From the IMG/VR virus record IMGVR_UViG_3300028833_002727: 64,000 nucleotides of DNA; one strand, written 5' to 3'. The stretch is from a virus. Taxonomy: Duplodnaviria > Heunggongvirae > Uroviricota > Caudoviricetes. The position numbers and the translations under genes were made by a program. Positions 38,284-48,781 of this stretch are shown here, piece by piece. How positions within the stretch are numbered: position 1 is the stretch's first letter; the number at the start of each line of letters is the position of its first letter. Under the pieces are notes generated by a model. The model was not told the origin of the DNA. It saw only the letters and a list, made by a program, of their open reading frames with translations, and searched no databases.

Positions 38284-38667
38284 ATGAAACAGTTAAAAGA
38301 ACAAACAATTAGTTTTTTAAGTAATATAGAGGGCTATCATCAAACATTAAAGGAGTTACATTGGAGTGCTACGCATCACGCGTTACACATTTTAACAGAT
38401 GATATGGATGAAGAAGTATTAAAAGTCGAAGACTCAATTGCTGAATGTGTTATGGGTATTCTTGACACAAAATTTGGTATAAGAGACTTAAAAACAATGT
38501 TGCCAGAAGCAAAAACACTTGATGGCTTATTAAAAGAAATGAAAAAGGATTTAATAGAGTTTAAGGATTTTGTCGGCGATGACGCGGAATGCGCTGGATT
38601 ACAGAATATCTTGGACGACTATATGCAAAATATAAATAAATGGAATTATTTAAGAACATTAGTGTAA
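38284..38667 (+). CDS. Ferritin/Dps-like protein (DUF5856-like)
   Basis: KELHWS...A.H...D...D.IAE..MG; LQNILDD....NK..YL.TL. Confidence 0.75.
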   Translation: MKQLKEQTISFLSNIEGYHQTLKELHWSATHHALHILTDDMDEEVLKVEDSIAECVMGILDTKFGIRDLKTMLPEAKTLDGLLKEMKKDLIEFKDFVGDDAECAGLQNILDDYMQNINKWNYLRTLV

Positions 38668-38668
38668 C

Positions 38669-39448
38669 ATGAAAAAGCAAACAATCAAACTAAATGAATC
38701 TCGATTGAGACAAATGATACGAGAAATGCTATTGAAAGAGACATCATACAGGGATTTGGCAAAAATATATGGTTATGATCCTGATGATTACGGTGCAGAT
38801 AAATCTATTTTATCAATGGATGATGATTATTATTATAATGGCGAAATACCTTTTGAAGATGACATAGAAAAAGAGATTAATAACATTACTTATGATAAGT
38901 TTGTTGATATGGTGGATAAAATGCGCGGTTCTAATAAATGGGACACTTTAGAGGCGTTAATTCATTCAAATCCAATATTCAAAAAATGGTATGAAAAAAT
39001 GACTAAAGACGCCGAAAAAGATGTTTCATGGCGTGCTTTTGAAAGAAATAAAAAAGAACAACTACATGACTTCAAAAGAGATGTTGATTATTTTGCACGA
39101 CATGATGCTAATTTGAATGTTCACAATTATCCATACTATGATGATCAGCCTCACATTGATTGGGCTGGACATGAAAATCCAAAGATAACCGAATCTAAAT
39201 TGAGAAAGATTATTAAAGAAAGCATTAAAAAGACATTAAAAGAAAGTGTAATTAAATCCAGGGAATTTTTAGATGCTAGCAAAAATGTATGCTATGGTGA
39301 AGACGAGATGAGTTTTTTTGCTGCAAATTATTTAAGGAAAGAATTCAGACGTTTTCCTAATATTGCCCAAGCAAAAGCGTGTGCTCAAGAAATGCTTCAA
39401 CGAGAAAAACAACGAAGGGCAGAAGAAATGTCTGGGATAAGATATTAA
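38669..39448 (+). CDS. Tagged hypothetical protein
   Basis: IKLNESRLRQMIREMLLKE and KITESKLRKIIKESIKKTLKE. Confidence 0.75.
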   Translation: MKKQTIKLNESRLRQMIREMLLKETSYRDLAKIYGYDPDDYGADKSILSMDDDYYYNGEIPFEDDIEKEINNITYDKFVDMVDKMRGSNKWDTLEALIHSNPIFKKWYEKMTKDAEKDVSWRAFERNKKEQLHDFKRDVDYFARHDANLNVHNYPYYDDQPHIDWAGHENPKITESKLRKIIKESIKKTLKESVIKSREFLDASKNVCYGEDEMSFFAANYLRKEFRRFPNIAQAKACAQEMLQREKQRRAEEMSGIRY

Positions 39449-39475
39449 AGAGAGGTTAAAAACTTCTCTTTTTTC
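39447..39475 (+). terminator. Intrinsic terminator
   Basis: aaagagagg-ttaaaaa-cttctctttttt. Confidence 0.65.
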
Positions 39476-39586
39476 TTTTTAATTCTATATTTATTGTAAA
39501 TAGGTTAAACAAATGAAAAAACTAAATTTATTACCAGATATTAAAAAGAAAGAACAAATTGAATTATATAAACAAGGAGAAGCCCG

Positions 39587-40978
39587 ATGATACATTGGAA
39601 TGATTTTACACCAGGTGATTTTGATGGCGAGATAGAAGATAACAGCCAACAACTCATACAGCATTTATTGCCACCAGAGCAAAAACATAAAATAACAGAG
39701 CCATATAGACGTGCAAGAGGGGAAATACAAGGTAAAAAACTAGGAAATATGACACAAGCAGAGTGGAACAATATGAAATACGGATATATTGATGAAAATA
39801 GATTGATTAACGAGGCTGGTATTACGGAATTAGTAAATCTACCAAAAAAATATTTTGAATGTGTATCGAAATATTACAATAATGGTGAGTTAACAACAAG
39901 CAATGATAATTTTATACCAAGTACATGTCAACATTTAAACGAAATACTAAAATATGTATCAATAACAGGTGAAGACGTTAGTGATTTAACTTTGAGGGAG
40001 TTGTTTAAAAAATACGGTAAACTTATTGAAAGATATAAAACCGATAAACATGTGTTGAAAGAAAATATTGGGCATAATTTTGACGCTGCTGCTCGTACAC
40101 ACTACTCAATTAGCGGAGAAAAACTAGACAAATATTGTCATGTTATCGATGAAGTAATTGATGAGATGAGTAATAGTTTTAATACCAGCAAAGTATTAAC
40201 AAAGGAGTCATTAGATGAATTATGTAGTGATGTTGAAGTTAAGGATGTGATGACTTCATTTGACGTACAGAAACATTTGAATGAAAAATTCTGGGATGAG
40301 AATAATCATCTTAACTCTCGCGTTAGATTAAGACTGTTAGATATTGCTGATAAATTCTATGAAACGCTTGAAACTTCGTGGGTTGAGCCAATTGACGTTA
40401 TTTTTACTGGTAGCCTTTGCAATTACAATTGGAGTAAATATTCTGATGTAGATTTACATATTGTTGTGAATTTTGATGATGTTGATAAACGAACCAATTT
40501 CGTTAAAGACTATTTTGATACAAAGAAAAAAATTTGGAATAGCGAGCACGAGGAATTAACAATATATGGTTTCCCAGTTGAATTATATGTTCAAGACGTT
40601 AATGAAGAACACACAGCATCTGGTGTTTATTCATTATTCAAAAATGAATGGATTGTTGAGCCAAACCCAGATAATTTCAGCGCAGAAGATTTAGATAGAA
40701 AAACTATTGCAAGCAAAGTTATGAAATGCGCTGATAAAATTGATGAATTAGAAGCTGCGGCAGAGAATGAAACGGATCAGCACAAAGTAGAAATTATTGG
40801 CTTACAAGCAAAGAAATTGTTCACTAAAATTAAGAGTATCAGAAAGAACGCTTTGAAAAATGGTGGTGAATATGCACCAGGTAATATTTTCTTCAAAGCA
40901 TTAAAAAGGTGTGGTTATTTAAAAAAACTAATACAACTAAAGGCTAAAACATTTGATTCGTCGCACTCAATAAAATAA
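39587..40978 (+). CDS. Pol-beta superfamily nucleotidyltransferase (C-terminal half)
   Basis: DVIFTGSLCNYNWSKYSDVDLH, VELYVQD, GVYSL...WI..P. Confidence 0.85.
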   Translation: MIHWNDFTPGDFDGEIEDNSQQLIQHLLPPEQKHKITEPYRRARGEIQGKKLGNMTQAEWNNMKYGYIDENRLINEAGITELVNLPKKYFECVSKYYNNGELTTSNDNFIPSTCQHLNEILKYVSITGEDVSDLTLRELFKKYGKLIERYKTDKHVLKENIGHNFDAAARTHYSISGEKLDKYCHVIDEVIDEMSNSFNTSKVLTKESLDELCSDVEVKDVMTSFDVQKHLNEKFWDENNHLNSRVRLRLLDIADKFYETLETSWVEPIDVIFTGSLCNYNWSKYSDVDLHIVVNFDDVDKRTNFVKDYFDTKKKIWNSEHEELTIYGFPVELYVQDVNEEHTASGVYSLFKNEWIVEPNPDNFSAEDLDRKTIASKVMKCADKIDELEAAAENETDQHKVEIIGLQAKKLFTKIKSIRKNALKNGGEYAPGNIFFKALKRCGYLKKLIQLKAKTFDSSHSIK

Positions 40979-41062
40979 AATAAAATAACGAATAATTAAG
41001 TAAAAAAATTTATAAATCATACACTTTTTGAATTATATGGAGTATTTATAGAAAAATAATGT

Positions 41063-42703
41063 TTGAAAAAACAATCTTATAATATGGCAAATAGTAAAAT
41101 AGACAATCAAATGGAGAGAATGCAATTCCTCATGGAATACAAAACAACTCCAAAAGTTGACACTAAGGCTGGTATTGAATACACAATTAACACTGCTGAT
41201 GGTAAAACATATGGTATCATTCGTGAGAACAACATGTACTATATTAAAACAACAACTCCTGATAAAGCAAACATCAAGGAGTCTTACGAGTATATAGGTG
41301 GATATAACTATCGTAATGAGCATGGTTACAAGTCATTCAACGAGGCTACAAAACACCTTGAATTGGAACTTATGTGCATCAATGAGGCTATGGGTAAGCA
41401 CGAGGATGTTTCTGTTGTTTTGAATCCTAACAAAGGTAAAGAGGATATGAAAACGTTAACAGAGGCTGCTCGTACAGAGTTGGATAGAATGCACCAAATC
41501 TTTGAAAACTCATTCAAGAGTTCAGGTAAAGTAGGTTACAAAAACCCATTCAAAGACGCGGAAAGTAAGGGCACTGCAAGTGCTGAAAATACGGAGAAAA
41601 ACAACGCTCCTTTCGAAGATAAAGCAGAAGCGACTTTAGATAAAGATCCTAAATTTAACGGTACTGTTGATGGTGCTACACCAGACAACAAAAAAGTTGC
41701 TGATGGTACTGTAGATAGTGATTTACAATCTGATAAAATGAAAAGTGCCAATAGTGGTTCAGAAAAAGATTTCAAGGATACACACGACGATTTAGAGGGT
41801 GAAGGTGTTGCTGATAAAAAACCAAGTGGCGCTAAAGCCGTTAAAATGAACGAAGGTATTTTGGAAGAACCAATTGATGAACCTCATGAACCTTTGGCTG
41901 GTTTTGATGATGAGCCTGTTGGTGAACCAATTGATGAACCAACATTTACACCTGAAGATTTTGAAACTGGCGAAGAAACCACAGAAGAAACCCCAGAAGG
42001 CTTCATTAACGATTTCGATTTCGGAGAGGAAAGTAATATGTTAGAATCATTGTTAGAGGAATTTGCTGATGATTTAAACGTTGGTGATAGTGAACCCGCT
42101 CCAATTGCTGAAGAAGTTGAAAACGGTGGTGAAGATATTCTTAAAGGTGAAGGCGAAGGTGAAAAAGGTGGTAACAGTGTACATGGTGAGGAAACTATGG
42201 ATAAAATTGATGAGAACGCTGAAAACACTGAACCTGAAGGTGCTGGTGAAAAAGAAAGTAAAATCGTAGGCCCTGATGATGTAATGGATAGTGAAAAAGG
42301 CGCTGGTTCATTAGATGCTCAAAGTTGGAATAAATTACAAGAATCAATTGATAGAATTACTGACAGCATCTATGCTAGATTAAGCGAAGGTAAGAAAGTA
42401 AAGAGTGAAGAGAAAAGATTAGAGGAAAGATTACAAAAAGTTCTTGATAGAATTGTTGCTGAAGAAGTTCAGAAATTGGACGCATGGGGTAAACACCCAC
42501 GTTACCAAAAACCTGCTTTCGAAACTCCTGATAATAAAGAGGTAAGCGTAAATGGTTCTGAAGACTGGAACGACGACTCAACAAAGGGTTCAGAAGCATA
42601 TGGTAAGAAAGTTGGTAGTAGCGCTCCTTTTGATAAAACAGTTGACATGTTAACTGACGCGGTTGTAAACTACATCAAGGAGAATTACTTAAAAAAAAAG
42701 TAA
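41063..42703 (+). CDS. Acidic prohead core/scaffold-like protein
   Basis: Many [LIM]xE sites, acidic low complexity, head-module location; ends on A_AAA_AAG TAA; start may be 41084. Confidence 0.7.
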   Translation: MKKQSYNMANSKIDNQMERMQFLMEYKTTPKVDTKAGIEYTINTADGKTYGIIRENNMYYIKTTTPDKANIKESYEYIGGYNYRNEHGYKSFNEATKHLELELMCINEAMGKHEDVSVVLNPNKGKEDMKTLTEAARTELDRMHQIFENSFKSSGKVGYKNPFKDAESKGTASAENTEKNNAPFEDKAEATLDKDPKFNGTVDGATPDNKKVADGTVDSDLQSDKMKSANSGSEKDFKDTHDDLEGEGVADKKPSGAKAVKMNEGILEEPIDEPHEPLAGFDDEPVGEPIDEPTFTPEDFETGEETTEETPEGFINDFDFGEESNMLESLLEEFADDLNVGDSEPAPIAEEVENGGEDILKGEGEGEKGGNSVHGEETMDKIDENAENTEPEGAGEKESKIVGPDDVMDSEKGAGSLDAQSWNKLQESIDRITDSIYARLSEGKKVKSEEKRLEERLQKVLDRIVAEEVQKLDAWGKHPRYQKPAFETPDNKEVSVNGSEDWNDDSTKGSEAYGKKVGSSAPFDKTVDMLTDAVVNYIKENYLKKK

Positions 42704-43305
42704 ATGAGGGTAGAACCTTATTGAAAGTTGGAAATGGACAGCCACAAGGTGGCGGAATGGATGCAATGTCACGACCACCTATGGATGCCGCTCCAATGCC
42801 ACAAGACGATATGATGGGCGGTGGAGCACCAATGGATAACAGTATGCCACCTGTTGGAGGCTCAGATGCTGGTGGTGCAATGCCACCAATGGACAATGGA
42901 CAAAGCGAGTTTGATACGAACTTTGACGCTGGCGTAGAGGCTGACGAGGATACTGATCCAGAAAAATACATCCAACAATTAACTGGTAAATTATCAACCA
43001 CATTAAACTCATTCAATAGTGAAAATGGTGATAATAGTGGATTAAACAAGTATGTTGCAAAAATGATTATTAAAGCGGCAACTAAGAATATGGATGATGC
43101 ATCTAAAAAAGAGATAATCAAAGCAATCAATACTTCTGAAAACCCAGAACCAACAGAAGAACCTGAAGGTGAACCAATGAATGATATGGGTAACGATGCT
43201 CCAGATATGCAGGGACAAGATATGCAAGGTATGGAGACACCAATGCAAGAAAGAGTAATTTCTAAAAAACAACTAGCAGAAATGGCTAAACGCCGTAAAA
43301 AATAG
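42700..43305 (+). CDS. -1 frame extension of the preceding gene (or separate TTG-start ORF 42721..43305)
   Basis: -1 frame is open across the stop: KKK-VNEGRTLLKVG...; FDAGVEADEDTDP.KYIQQLTGKL. Confidence 0.6.
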   Translation, partial: VNEGRTLLKVGNGQPQGGGMDAMSRPPMDAAPMPQDDMMGGGAPMDNSMPPVGGSDAGGAMPPMDNGQSEFDTNFDAGVEADEDTDPEKYIQQLTGKLSTTLNSFNSENGDNSGLNKYVAKMIIKAATKNMDDASKKEIIKAINTSENPEPTEEPEGEPMNDMGNDAPDMQGQDMQGMETPMQERVISKKQLAEMAKRRKK

Positions 43306-43324
43306 TTAGTTGTTTGCATATAGG

Positions 43325-43362
43325 AAAAAAATGGCGATAGTTGCGAAACTATTGCCATTTTT
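43325..43362 (+). terminator. Intrinsic terminator
   Basis: aaaaatggcgatagtt-gcga-aactattgccattttt. Confidence 0.75.
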
Positions 43363-43401
43363 CATTTATAAACAATATTTATTATAAAAACATATAGTAT
43401 T

Positions 43402-43737
43402 ATGAGTAGAAAAGTACATTTAACAGAATCTCAAGTAGAAGAGATTGTAAATAAATTGAATGAGGATAACATTGAAGAGGGTAATGAACTCAATGTAAAT
43501 TATCAAAAACCGCCAACTGGCGTTGCAAACGTTCAAGATATGACAAATCAAATGACTGCTGCTAAAAAAGCCGCTCCTGGCGCTAAAGTAAATATGGTTG
43601 TTTCAGGCGAGGATTTGAATGTGATGGAAAGTTGTTACACTAAAAAACAAATTAAAGAGGCAAAATTGCGCTATTTGACTGAACATTCAACTTCATACAG
43701 TAAAAAAGATTTCAAGAACAGATTTATTAAGAAGTAA
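43402..43737 (+). CDS. Small tagged head-associated protein
   Basis: KVHLTESQVEEIVNKLNE; TATTTAT at 43376. Confidence 0.7.
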   Translation: MSRKVHLTESQVEEIVNKLNEDNIEEGNELNVNYQKPPTGVANVQDMTNQMTAAKKAAPGAKVNMVVSGEDLNVMESCYTKKQIKEAKLRYLTEHSTSYSKKDFKNRFIKK

Positions 43738-44912
43738 TGCGAAACATTATCATAAATAAAGAACAAGAACGCATACTTCTAGAAGCAAACCAACAGGATT
43801 ACGTATTATCTAAGGTTTCAAATAAAATCAAAAATGATATTGCAACAGATAATACGCCGCTTTCTTGTTTACCAATACCCCATAATGTGAATAAAAAGGT
43901 TATTGCCACTATTCTCACTAACGCTTATTTTAATGCACGTGATAATTTCAGCGATGACATTGAATCATTCCCTATAGATAAAGTTATTAACAAGTTAGAC
44001 AAGTTGGTTGCTATTTGTCAAAAGAAAGAAGAGAAGATACATAACGAACTGGAAAAGTTATGTGTCGATATTGCTACGTCTTATTTTAACTCAGATGAGT
44101 TAGCTGATTTAACTGTTGAATGTCGATTAGTCATGGACTTGTCACAAGATGATTTTCATATCGAGCCAACTAATGGTGTTGATGATGAGATTTCTAATCT
44201 TGATGAATATGATAAAAACGATATTGCAATTACTAATAGAAAAATCGCTAATACTATTGTTATGGGAGGCGCGCTATCCTTGTATGATAAATTACAAGAA
44301 ACGTTTATTTCTGAACTATTCAAATTAGACGAAGACTTACCACATTTGTATAGTAAGATATTAAAAATAAATGAATACCTTACATATGTTAGTGATGAAA
44401 CGATTACAGATAGAGATAACAAACAAAGTGGTTGTGTTAAAATAACGCTTGGTGGTGAAGAAGGCGATGAGATTGTTGCTGTTGGTACAATATTCCCATT
44501 CTTACTAATTGAGACTTTCCGTGGTTATTTAGAATTGATGTCTGATAATATGCTACCAAATAACGATTTTGAATTAGATAACATTACCGATAAGGCGGAT
44601 ATTCTAATGGATGAACCATGGTATATGATGTTAGGTAGAACAATATGGGATAAGATTGTTAGAAATGAAGATGATGATTTGACAATCATTAGTGAATTAT
44701 TTAAAATGGATGATAAATCATTCAATAAACTATTAACAAATATAATTGTTGGTACACATGACGCTGAGTCAATGATAGATAAGTTACATCGAATGGCAAG
44801 ATATAATTATGATTATGCTGATTTCGAAAAGGATTTAGCAAGAAGAAGAGAAGAAAATAATTTAATGATTGATGGTGGTGGTTTTATAGATAACGAAGAA
44901 TATAATAAATAA
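43737..44912 (+). CDS. Tagged hypothetical protein
   Basis: IIINKEQERILLE; TAATG-coupled. Confidence 0.75.
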   Translation: MRNIIINKEQERILLEANQQDYVLSKVSNKIKNDIATDNTPLSCLPIPHNVNKKVIATILTNAYFNARDNFSDDIESFPIDKVINKLDKLVAICQKKEEKIHNELEKLCVDIATSYFNSDELADLTVECRLVMDLSQDDFHIEPTNGVDDEISNLDEYDKNDIAITNRKIANTIVMGGALSLYDKLQETFISELFKLDEDLPHLYSKILKINEYLTYVSDETITDRDNKQSGCVKITLGGEEGDEIVAVGTIFPFLLIETFRGYLELMSDNMLPNNDFELDNITDKADILMDEPWYMMLGRTIWDKIVRNEDDDLTIISELFKMDDKSFNKLLTNIIVGTHDAESMIDKLHRMARYNYDYADFEKDLARRREENNLMIDGGGFIDNEEYNK

Positions 44913-44923
44913 TTGACAGTTAT

Positions 44924-47900
44924 ATGGAAAAATTAAATAATATTACAATATCTGAAATCATAGCGCACTCACCAAACCGAGGCGTTTTTAAATTTAAAGA
45001 TCGTGAAACTGACTTATATTGGGGCAATCAACTTATGTTACCAGTAAATCAAACAAAAACGGCGTTATGTGCAATAGCTAAAAATGAAAATCGGTATATC
45101 CGTGAATGGATAGAACATTACAAGAATCTTGGAATAAAACACATATATCTTTATGACAACAATGAACTCGACGGTGAGCACTTTGAAGATGTAATTGGTG
45201 ACTATATCGATTCTGATTTTATAACTGTAATTGATGTGCGAGGTGTTCAAAAAGGTTTAGTATATGATAAAAATGGACTTAATTTACAGCCAAGATGTTA
45301 TAAAGAATGTTACGAAAAATACGGATATTCATATGACTATATGTGTTTTTTTGATATTGACGAGTTTCTAGAATTAAAAAATGGAATAACACTATCAGAT
45401 TATCTTACAAGTGAAAAAATAAAAGCATATGATACTATCCTTGTACCATGGGAAATTTATGACGATAACGGACAAATATTTTATGAAAACAGGCCTGTTC
45501 AAGAGAGGTTTACCACTGTTTCTACTATTAACAAATCACACCCGGTTAAATCAATATTGAAGACGTGTAAAAAATTATATAGTAACATAAGTGTAGATAA
45601 ATCACATTTTATGCTCACTAACGGACTGTCTGTTTGTTGGTCAGATGGAACGCTAGGCCCTGATTTTACAAAACATACATGGTATAGTATGCCAGAAGAA
45701 AATTTTAAAAAGTCAGTTATTAAACTAAAACACTATAGAACGAAAAGTTTTGAAGAATTTTATATTCGCCACTATAACGAATATTGGGGAACCAAGTGCG
45801 GTAATTTTAATAGTACTTCACAGAAATATTTTTGTGTTGATGATATAATTGAAAATTATTACCATGACAACGAAAGAAACAAAGAAAAAGATACTAACAT
45901 AAATAGTTTTTTACAAACAAAAAAAGGAAACGAAACTAATGATGTAACGTTTATAATACCCAATCGAGGGGGAGAACATGTTAATTATGTAATTAAAAAT
46001 TTTACCAACACATTTAAAAAATATTTTAACAAAATTAATTTCATTGTAATCAATCAAGTAGATGAAACAAGTTTTAAACGTGGACAATTATTTAATATTG
46101 CTTTTAGATATGTCAATACAAAATGGTTAGGCTTGATTGATAACGATATAGTAAATTTAAATAGTTTTAACCCTATAAAAAAATATGAGGAAAATGGATG
46201 CCCAATTGCTTGTTTCGATCATATTTCACAAGTTCATTTAGAAAACAATAAGACTATTGTTGACAGCACTAGAAAAAGTATTACTGGTTTTGGTGCTTTT
46301 AATTTTATGAAAAAGGAGGATTTTGGACACATTAATGGTTTCAGTAATTTAACCTTTGGCTGGGGAGCAGAAGACAACATATTTGCAGAAAAACTTCAGA
46401 TGGTAAGAATATCAAACACAATCGGGCATATCAGTCACCAACCAAGATATAACATAAATCCTATACTTTTATGCCTTAACAGAGATGTGAGACAAAAATA
46501 TAGAGACAAAAAAATGAACTATAAACTTGATGGAATGGTACAAACTACTTATGATATTGCAAAAATTAATCAAACAAATAATGTACTGTTTCTCGATGTT
46601 ACAAATATAGGCGTTCCAGATAATTTTAAATATAAAGAAATATTTTTAGAATTGAAAAAATATGAGGACTGTACAAATACAGCCATTCCAGGAATTAGTA
46701 TTTGTGTAACGGCATACAAAGCTGAAAAATACATAAAAGAAACACTTGATTCCATATATAGGCAAACATGGTTTAAAAATCATGATAACTGGGAAATAAT
46801 TATAGGTGTTGACGATTGTAAAGATACGTTGCAATATCTTCAGTTAATAAGACATGATTATGATGAACATTTACGCATATTTATGATGAGTTCTAACAAG
46901 GGTACATACGTAACAACAAATACAATTATGTGCTTAGCCAAATATGATGCTTTATTTAGATTCGATTCTGATGATATTATGTTGCCACAGTGTATAGAAA
47001 CTGTAATGAACAATCTAACAGATGTTGATTTTTTGCGTTTTAATATGGAAAATTTTACTGATTTTAAATCTGATATTAATCATAAACAAGTACAAATAAC
47101 ATTTGGGGTGCATGTAATTAAAAAAAATATATTCTTAAAATACGGTGGTTACAAACCTTGGCCTTGTTCAGCTGACACAGAAATAATTGAACGTTTGAAA
47201 AATGTAGCGAATTTTAAAATATTAACTGATGTTTTATTAAAAAGGCGCATACATAACGATAGCCTAACTCATAAGCCTGGCCCTAACCAACTGTATGGTG
47301 GAATAGGTTCAGAACGACAGAAATATTTGAATTACTGTTATAATATGAATGTGACGTCTGAAAAAGACGCAACCATTATATGTGTTACAAATACATTTAC
47401 GGAAATAGACAAAAACTATGAAATTAATGATTTTTGTACAAACAGTTATTCTAATTTGATTGTGACATTAACATCATGGAAAAAACGCATCATGAATATA
47501 CCAACTGTTTTGAGTACTGTATTAAATCAAACAAAGTCTATTAACAAAATAGTACTAAATTTATCAGTAGAAGAATTCCCAAATAAAGACAATGATTTGC
47601 CTGAAAATGTTTTAAAATTTATAAAAACACATAATATTATAGAAATCAACTGGATTAATGGAAAAAACACAAAACAATGGAAGAAAATTATACCAACCAT
47701 GCAGAAATATCCAAACGATTGGATAATATGTATTGATGATGATAAACTATATCCGAAAGAATTCATTGAAACACTTTGGAGTACTCATCTATTATATCCT
47801 AATAATCCAATTACATTGAATAAAACATATAAAATACATGGATGTTTGCAACATTCAGGTGTGGGTACTTTAGAATGCGCTAAATTTTATAACAATTTCG

Positions 47901-48277
47901 AAAATGTAGACATTGAATATATACAAAATAATACGGAGTCAAGTGATACGGTTTTTACATACCTGTTAAACCGAAATGGATATGAATTAAAACCTATATC
48001 TAGCCAATTGTTATTAACTTCTTATAATGAAATTGATCCATTGTCTGAAAAATTACACACTTGCAATGCGATAACACACAACACAACATGGGACTTGTTA
48101 TCACATAGATATGGGCAAATAAATACACAAGAATATTTATCAAATAAAAGGGTTAATGTGTGCCATTCCACAATAGCACAGCCTGAATTATCAAAAAAAC
48201 GTGTAAATATAGATTTGTATAATCAACATACCATGAACATCAAAAATAAACTAAAAAGAAAAACATTAAATATTTAA
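44924..48277 (+). CDS. Four-domain glycosyltransferase (GT92/GT2-like, GT7-like, GT2, GT-A)
   Basis: CAIAKNE..YI.EW...FFDIDEF; F.RGQLFN...IDND...GFSN..FGWGAED; ICVTAY...RFDSDD; VTLTSW..RI...CIDDD. Confidence 0.85.
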   Translation: MEKLNNITISEIIAHSPNRGVFKFKDRETDLYWGNQLMLPVNQTKTALCAIAKNENRYIREWIEHYKNLGIKHIYLYDNNELDGEHFEDVIGDYIDSDFITVIDVRGVQKGLVYDKNGLNLQPRCYKECYEKYGYSYDYMCFFDIDEFLELKNGITLSDYLTSEKIKAYDTILVPWEIYDDNGQIFYENRPVQERFTTVSTINKSHPVKSILKTCKKLYSNISVDKSHFMLTNGLSVCWSDGTLGPDFTKHTWYSMPEENFKKSVIKLKHYRTKSFEEFYIRHYNEYWGTKCGNFNSTSQKYFCVDDIIENYYHDNERNKEKDTNINSFLQTKKGNETNDVTFIIPNRGGEHVNYVIKNFTNTFKKYFNKINFIVINQVDETSFKRGQLFNIAFRYVNTKWLGLIDNDIVNLNSFNPIKKYEENGCPIACFDHISQVHLENNKTIVDSTRKSITGFGAFNFMKKEDFGHINGFSNLTFGWGAEDNIFAEKLQMVRISNTIGHISHQPRYNINPILLCLNRDVRQKYRDKKMNYKLDGMVQTTYDIAKINQTNNVLFLDVTNIGVPDNFKYKEIFLELKKYEDCTNTAIPGISICVTAYKAEKYIKETLDSIYRQTWFKNHDNWEIIIGVDDCKDTLQYLQLIRHDYDEHLRIFMMSSNKGTYVTTNTIMCLAKYDALFRFDSDDIMLPQCIETVMNNLTDVDFLRFNMENFTDFKSDINHKQVQITFGVHVIKKNIFLKYGGYKPWPCSADTEIIERLKNVANFKILTDVLLKRRIHNDSLTHKPGPNQLYGGIGSERQKYLNYCYNMNVTSEKDATIICVTNTFTEIDKNYEINDFCTNSYSNLIVTLTSWKKRIMNIPTVLSTVLNQTKSINKIVLNLSVEEFPNKDNDLPENVLKFIKTHNIIEINWINGKNTKQWKKIIPTMQKYPNDWIICIDDDKLYPKEFIETLWSTHLLYPNNPITLNKTYKIHGCLQHSGVGTLECAKFYNNFENVDIEYIQNNTESSDTVFTYLLNRNGYELKPISSQLLLTSYNEIDPLSEKLHTCNAITHNTTWDLLSHRYGQINTQEYLSNKRVNVCHSTIAQPELSKKRVNIDLYNQHTMNIKNKLKRKTLNI

Positions 48278-48286
48278 CCATTAGTT

Positions 48287-48781
48287 ATGACACCGTGTAC
48301 TGGAAATAAAGATGCGATGGTAAGAGCTGGAGCTAGACTTGGAAAAAATGTTTCAATTATTGGTGATGTACATTATTCTAGCGAGCCATATCTTATCAAA
48401 ATTGGAGATAATACAACAATATCATTTGAATGTGCATTTATAACACATGACGCAGCAACTCGCGTTATTCGTAATTTACCAGATGGAAATAAAGAAACGG
48501 TTATTTATGGAACGATAGAAGTTGGTAAAAATTGTTTCATTGGATGTAGGACAACAGTATTACCAAATGTAAAAATCGGTGATAATACTATCATTGGTGC
48601 ATGTAGTTTGGTATGCTCAGACATACCTTCTGGCGTTGTAGCGGCTGGAAATCCATGTAAAGTAATATGTACATTGGATGAGTACAGGGAAAAACATAAA
48701 GACGATTTTTTATATATGGTTTCATTACCACCAGATAAGAAGAAAACATATTTAATGAAACATTTTAAGATAAATGGATAA
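48287..48781 (+). CDS. Hexapeptide-repeat sugar O-acyltransferase
   Basis: IKIGDN, FITHD, IEVGKNCFIG, VKIGDNTIIGA, AAGNPCKVI. Confidence 0.9.
   Translation: MTPCTGNKDAMVRAGARLGKNVSIIGDVHYSSEPYLIKIGDNTTISFECAFITHDAATRVIRNLPDGNKETVIYGTIEVGKNCFIGCRTTVLPNVKIGDNTIIGACSLVCSDIPSGVVAAGNPCKVICTLDEYREKHKDDFLYMVSLPPDKKKTYLMKHFKING

Noticed and set aside
41326-43358. Ser/Phe-rich minus-strand ORFs
   Set aside because: Antisense to acidic low-complexity head proteins
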